From Pecten maximus (taxonomy: Eukaryota): a stretch of DNA of 64,000 nt. Under the pieces are notes generated by a model. The model searched no databases, was not told where the DNA came from, and saw only the letters and a program-made list of their open reading frames with translations. A program made the position numbers and the translations under genes. The stretch covers positions 29,078,001 through 29,142,000 of the forward strand of contig NC_047030.1 of the NCBI RefSeq assembly GCF_902652985.1, read 5' to 3'. Shown here piece by piece: positions 63,279-64,000 of this stretch (positions are counted from its first letter, which is position 1; every line of letters begins with the position of its first letter).

Positions 63279-64000
63279 GTAAGTAACTGTGTTCTGACCT
63301 CCATGTGATAGAGGGCTTTATCATACAGGAGGGGCCTGAACCGTTCCCTGTAAGTAACTGTGTGTTCTGACCTCCACGTGATAGAGGGCTTTATCATACA
63401 GGAGGGGCCTGAACTGTTCCCTTTAAGTAACTGTGTGTTCTGACCTCCACATGATAGAGGGCTTTATCATACAGGAGGGGCCTGAACCGTTCCCTGTAAA
63501 TAACTGTGTGTTCTGACCTCCACATGACAGAGGGCTTTATCATACAGGAGGGGACTGAACTGTTCCCTGTAAGTAACTGTGTTCTGACCTCCATGTGATA
63601 GAGGGCTTTATCATACAGGAGGGGCCTGAACCGTTCCCTGTAAGTAACTGTGTGTTCTGACTTCCACATGATAGAGGGCTTTATCATACAGGAGGGGCCT
63701 GAACCGTTCCCTGTAAGTAACTGTGTTCTGACCTCCACATGATAGAGGGCTTTATCATACAGGAGGGGCCTAAACCGTTCTCTGTTAGTAACTGTGTTCT
63801 GACCTCCACGTGATAGAGGGCTTTATCATACAGGAGGGACCTGAACCGTTCCCAGTAAGTAACTGTGTTCTGACCTCCACATGACGGAGGGCTTTATCAT
63901 ACAGGAGGGGCCTGAACCGTTCTCTGTAAGTAACTGTGTTCTGACCTCTACGTGACAGAGGGCTTTATCATACAGGAGGGGCCTGAACCGTTCCCTGTAA
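63230..64000 (+). repeat. 71/73-bp tandem repeat, at least 11 copies, made of the HD1-coding exon end plus donor; runs off the window
   Basis: gtgatagagggctttatcatacaggaggggcctgaaccgttccct|gtaagtaactgt(gt)gttctgacctccac. Confidence 0.96.

Overview
AT-rich animal genomic DNA, most likely a bivalve mollusc (inferred from the repeat families). Two spliced + strand genes can be rebuilt by hand from GT-AG boundaries. The first is the last 16 coding exons (6475-31817, 589 codons plus stop) of a procollagen lysyl hydroxylase/glycosyltransferase (PLOD); its first exons lie left of the window. The second is the first 7 coding exons (50716-63278, 638 codons) of a polyhomeotic (ph/PHC) Polycomb gene, with a polyQ N-terminus and the HD1 motif; FCS/SAM exons should lie right of the window. 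An intronless 187-aa four-TM ORF lies antisense inside the upstream PLOD intron. About half the window (~33 kb by my estimate) is ~30 tandem arrays, each with its own monomer. Four arrays are made of an exon 3' end plus its splice donor (4, 12, ~56 and at least 11 copies), and one copies the PLOD stop-codon region. Also present: Helentron-type non-autonomous elements, three TIR MITEs (two with clear target-site duplications), a tRNA-derived SINE with a 12-bp TSD and a CR1-like LINE fragment. Most long ORFs in the supplied track are repeat artefacts. All coordinates and copy numbers were counted by eye.
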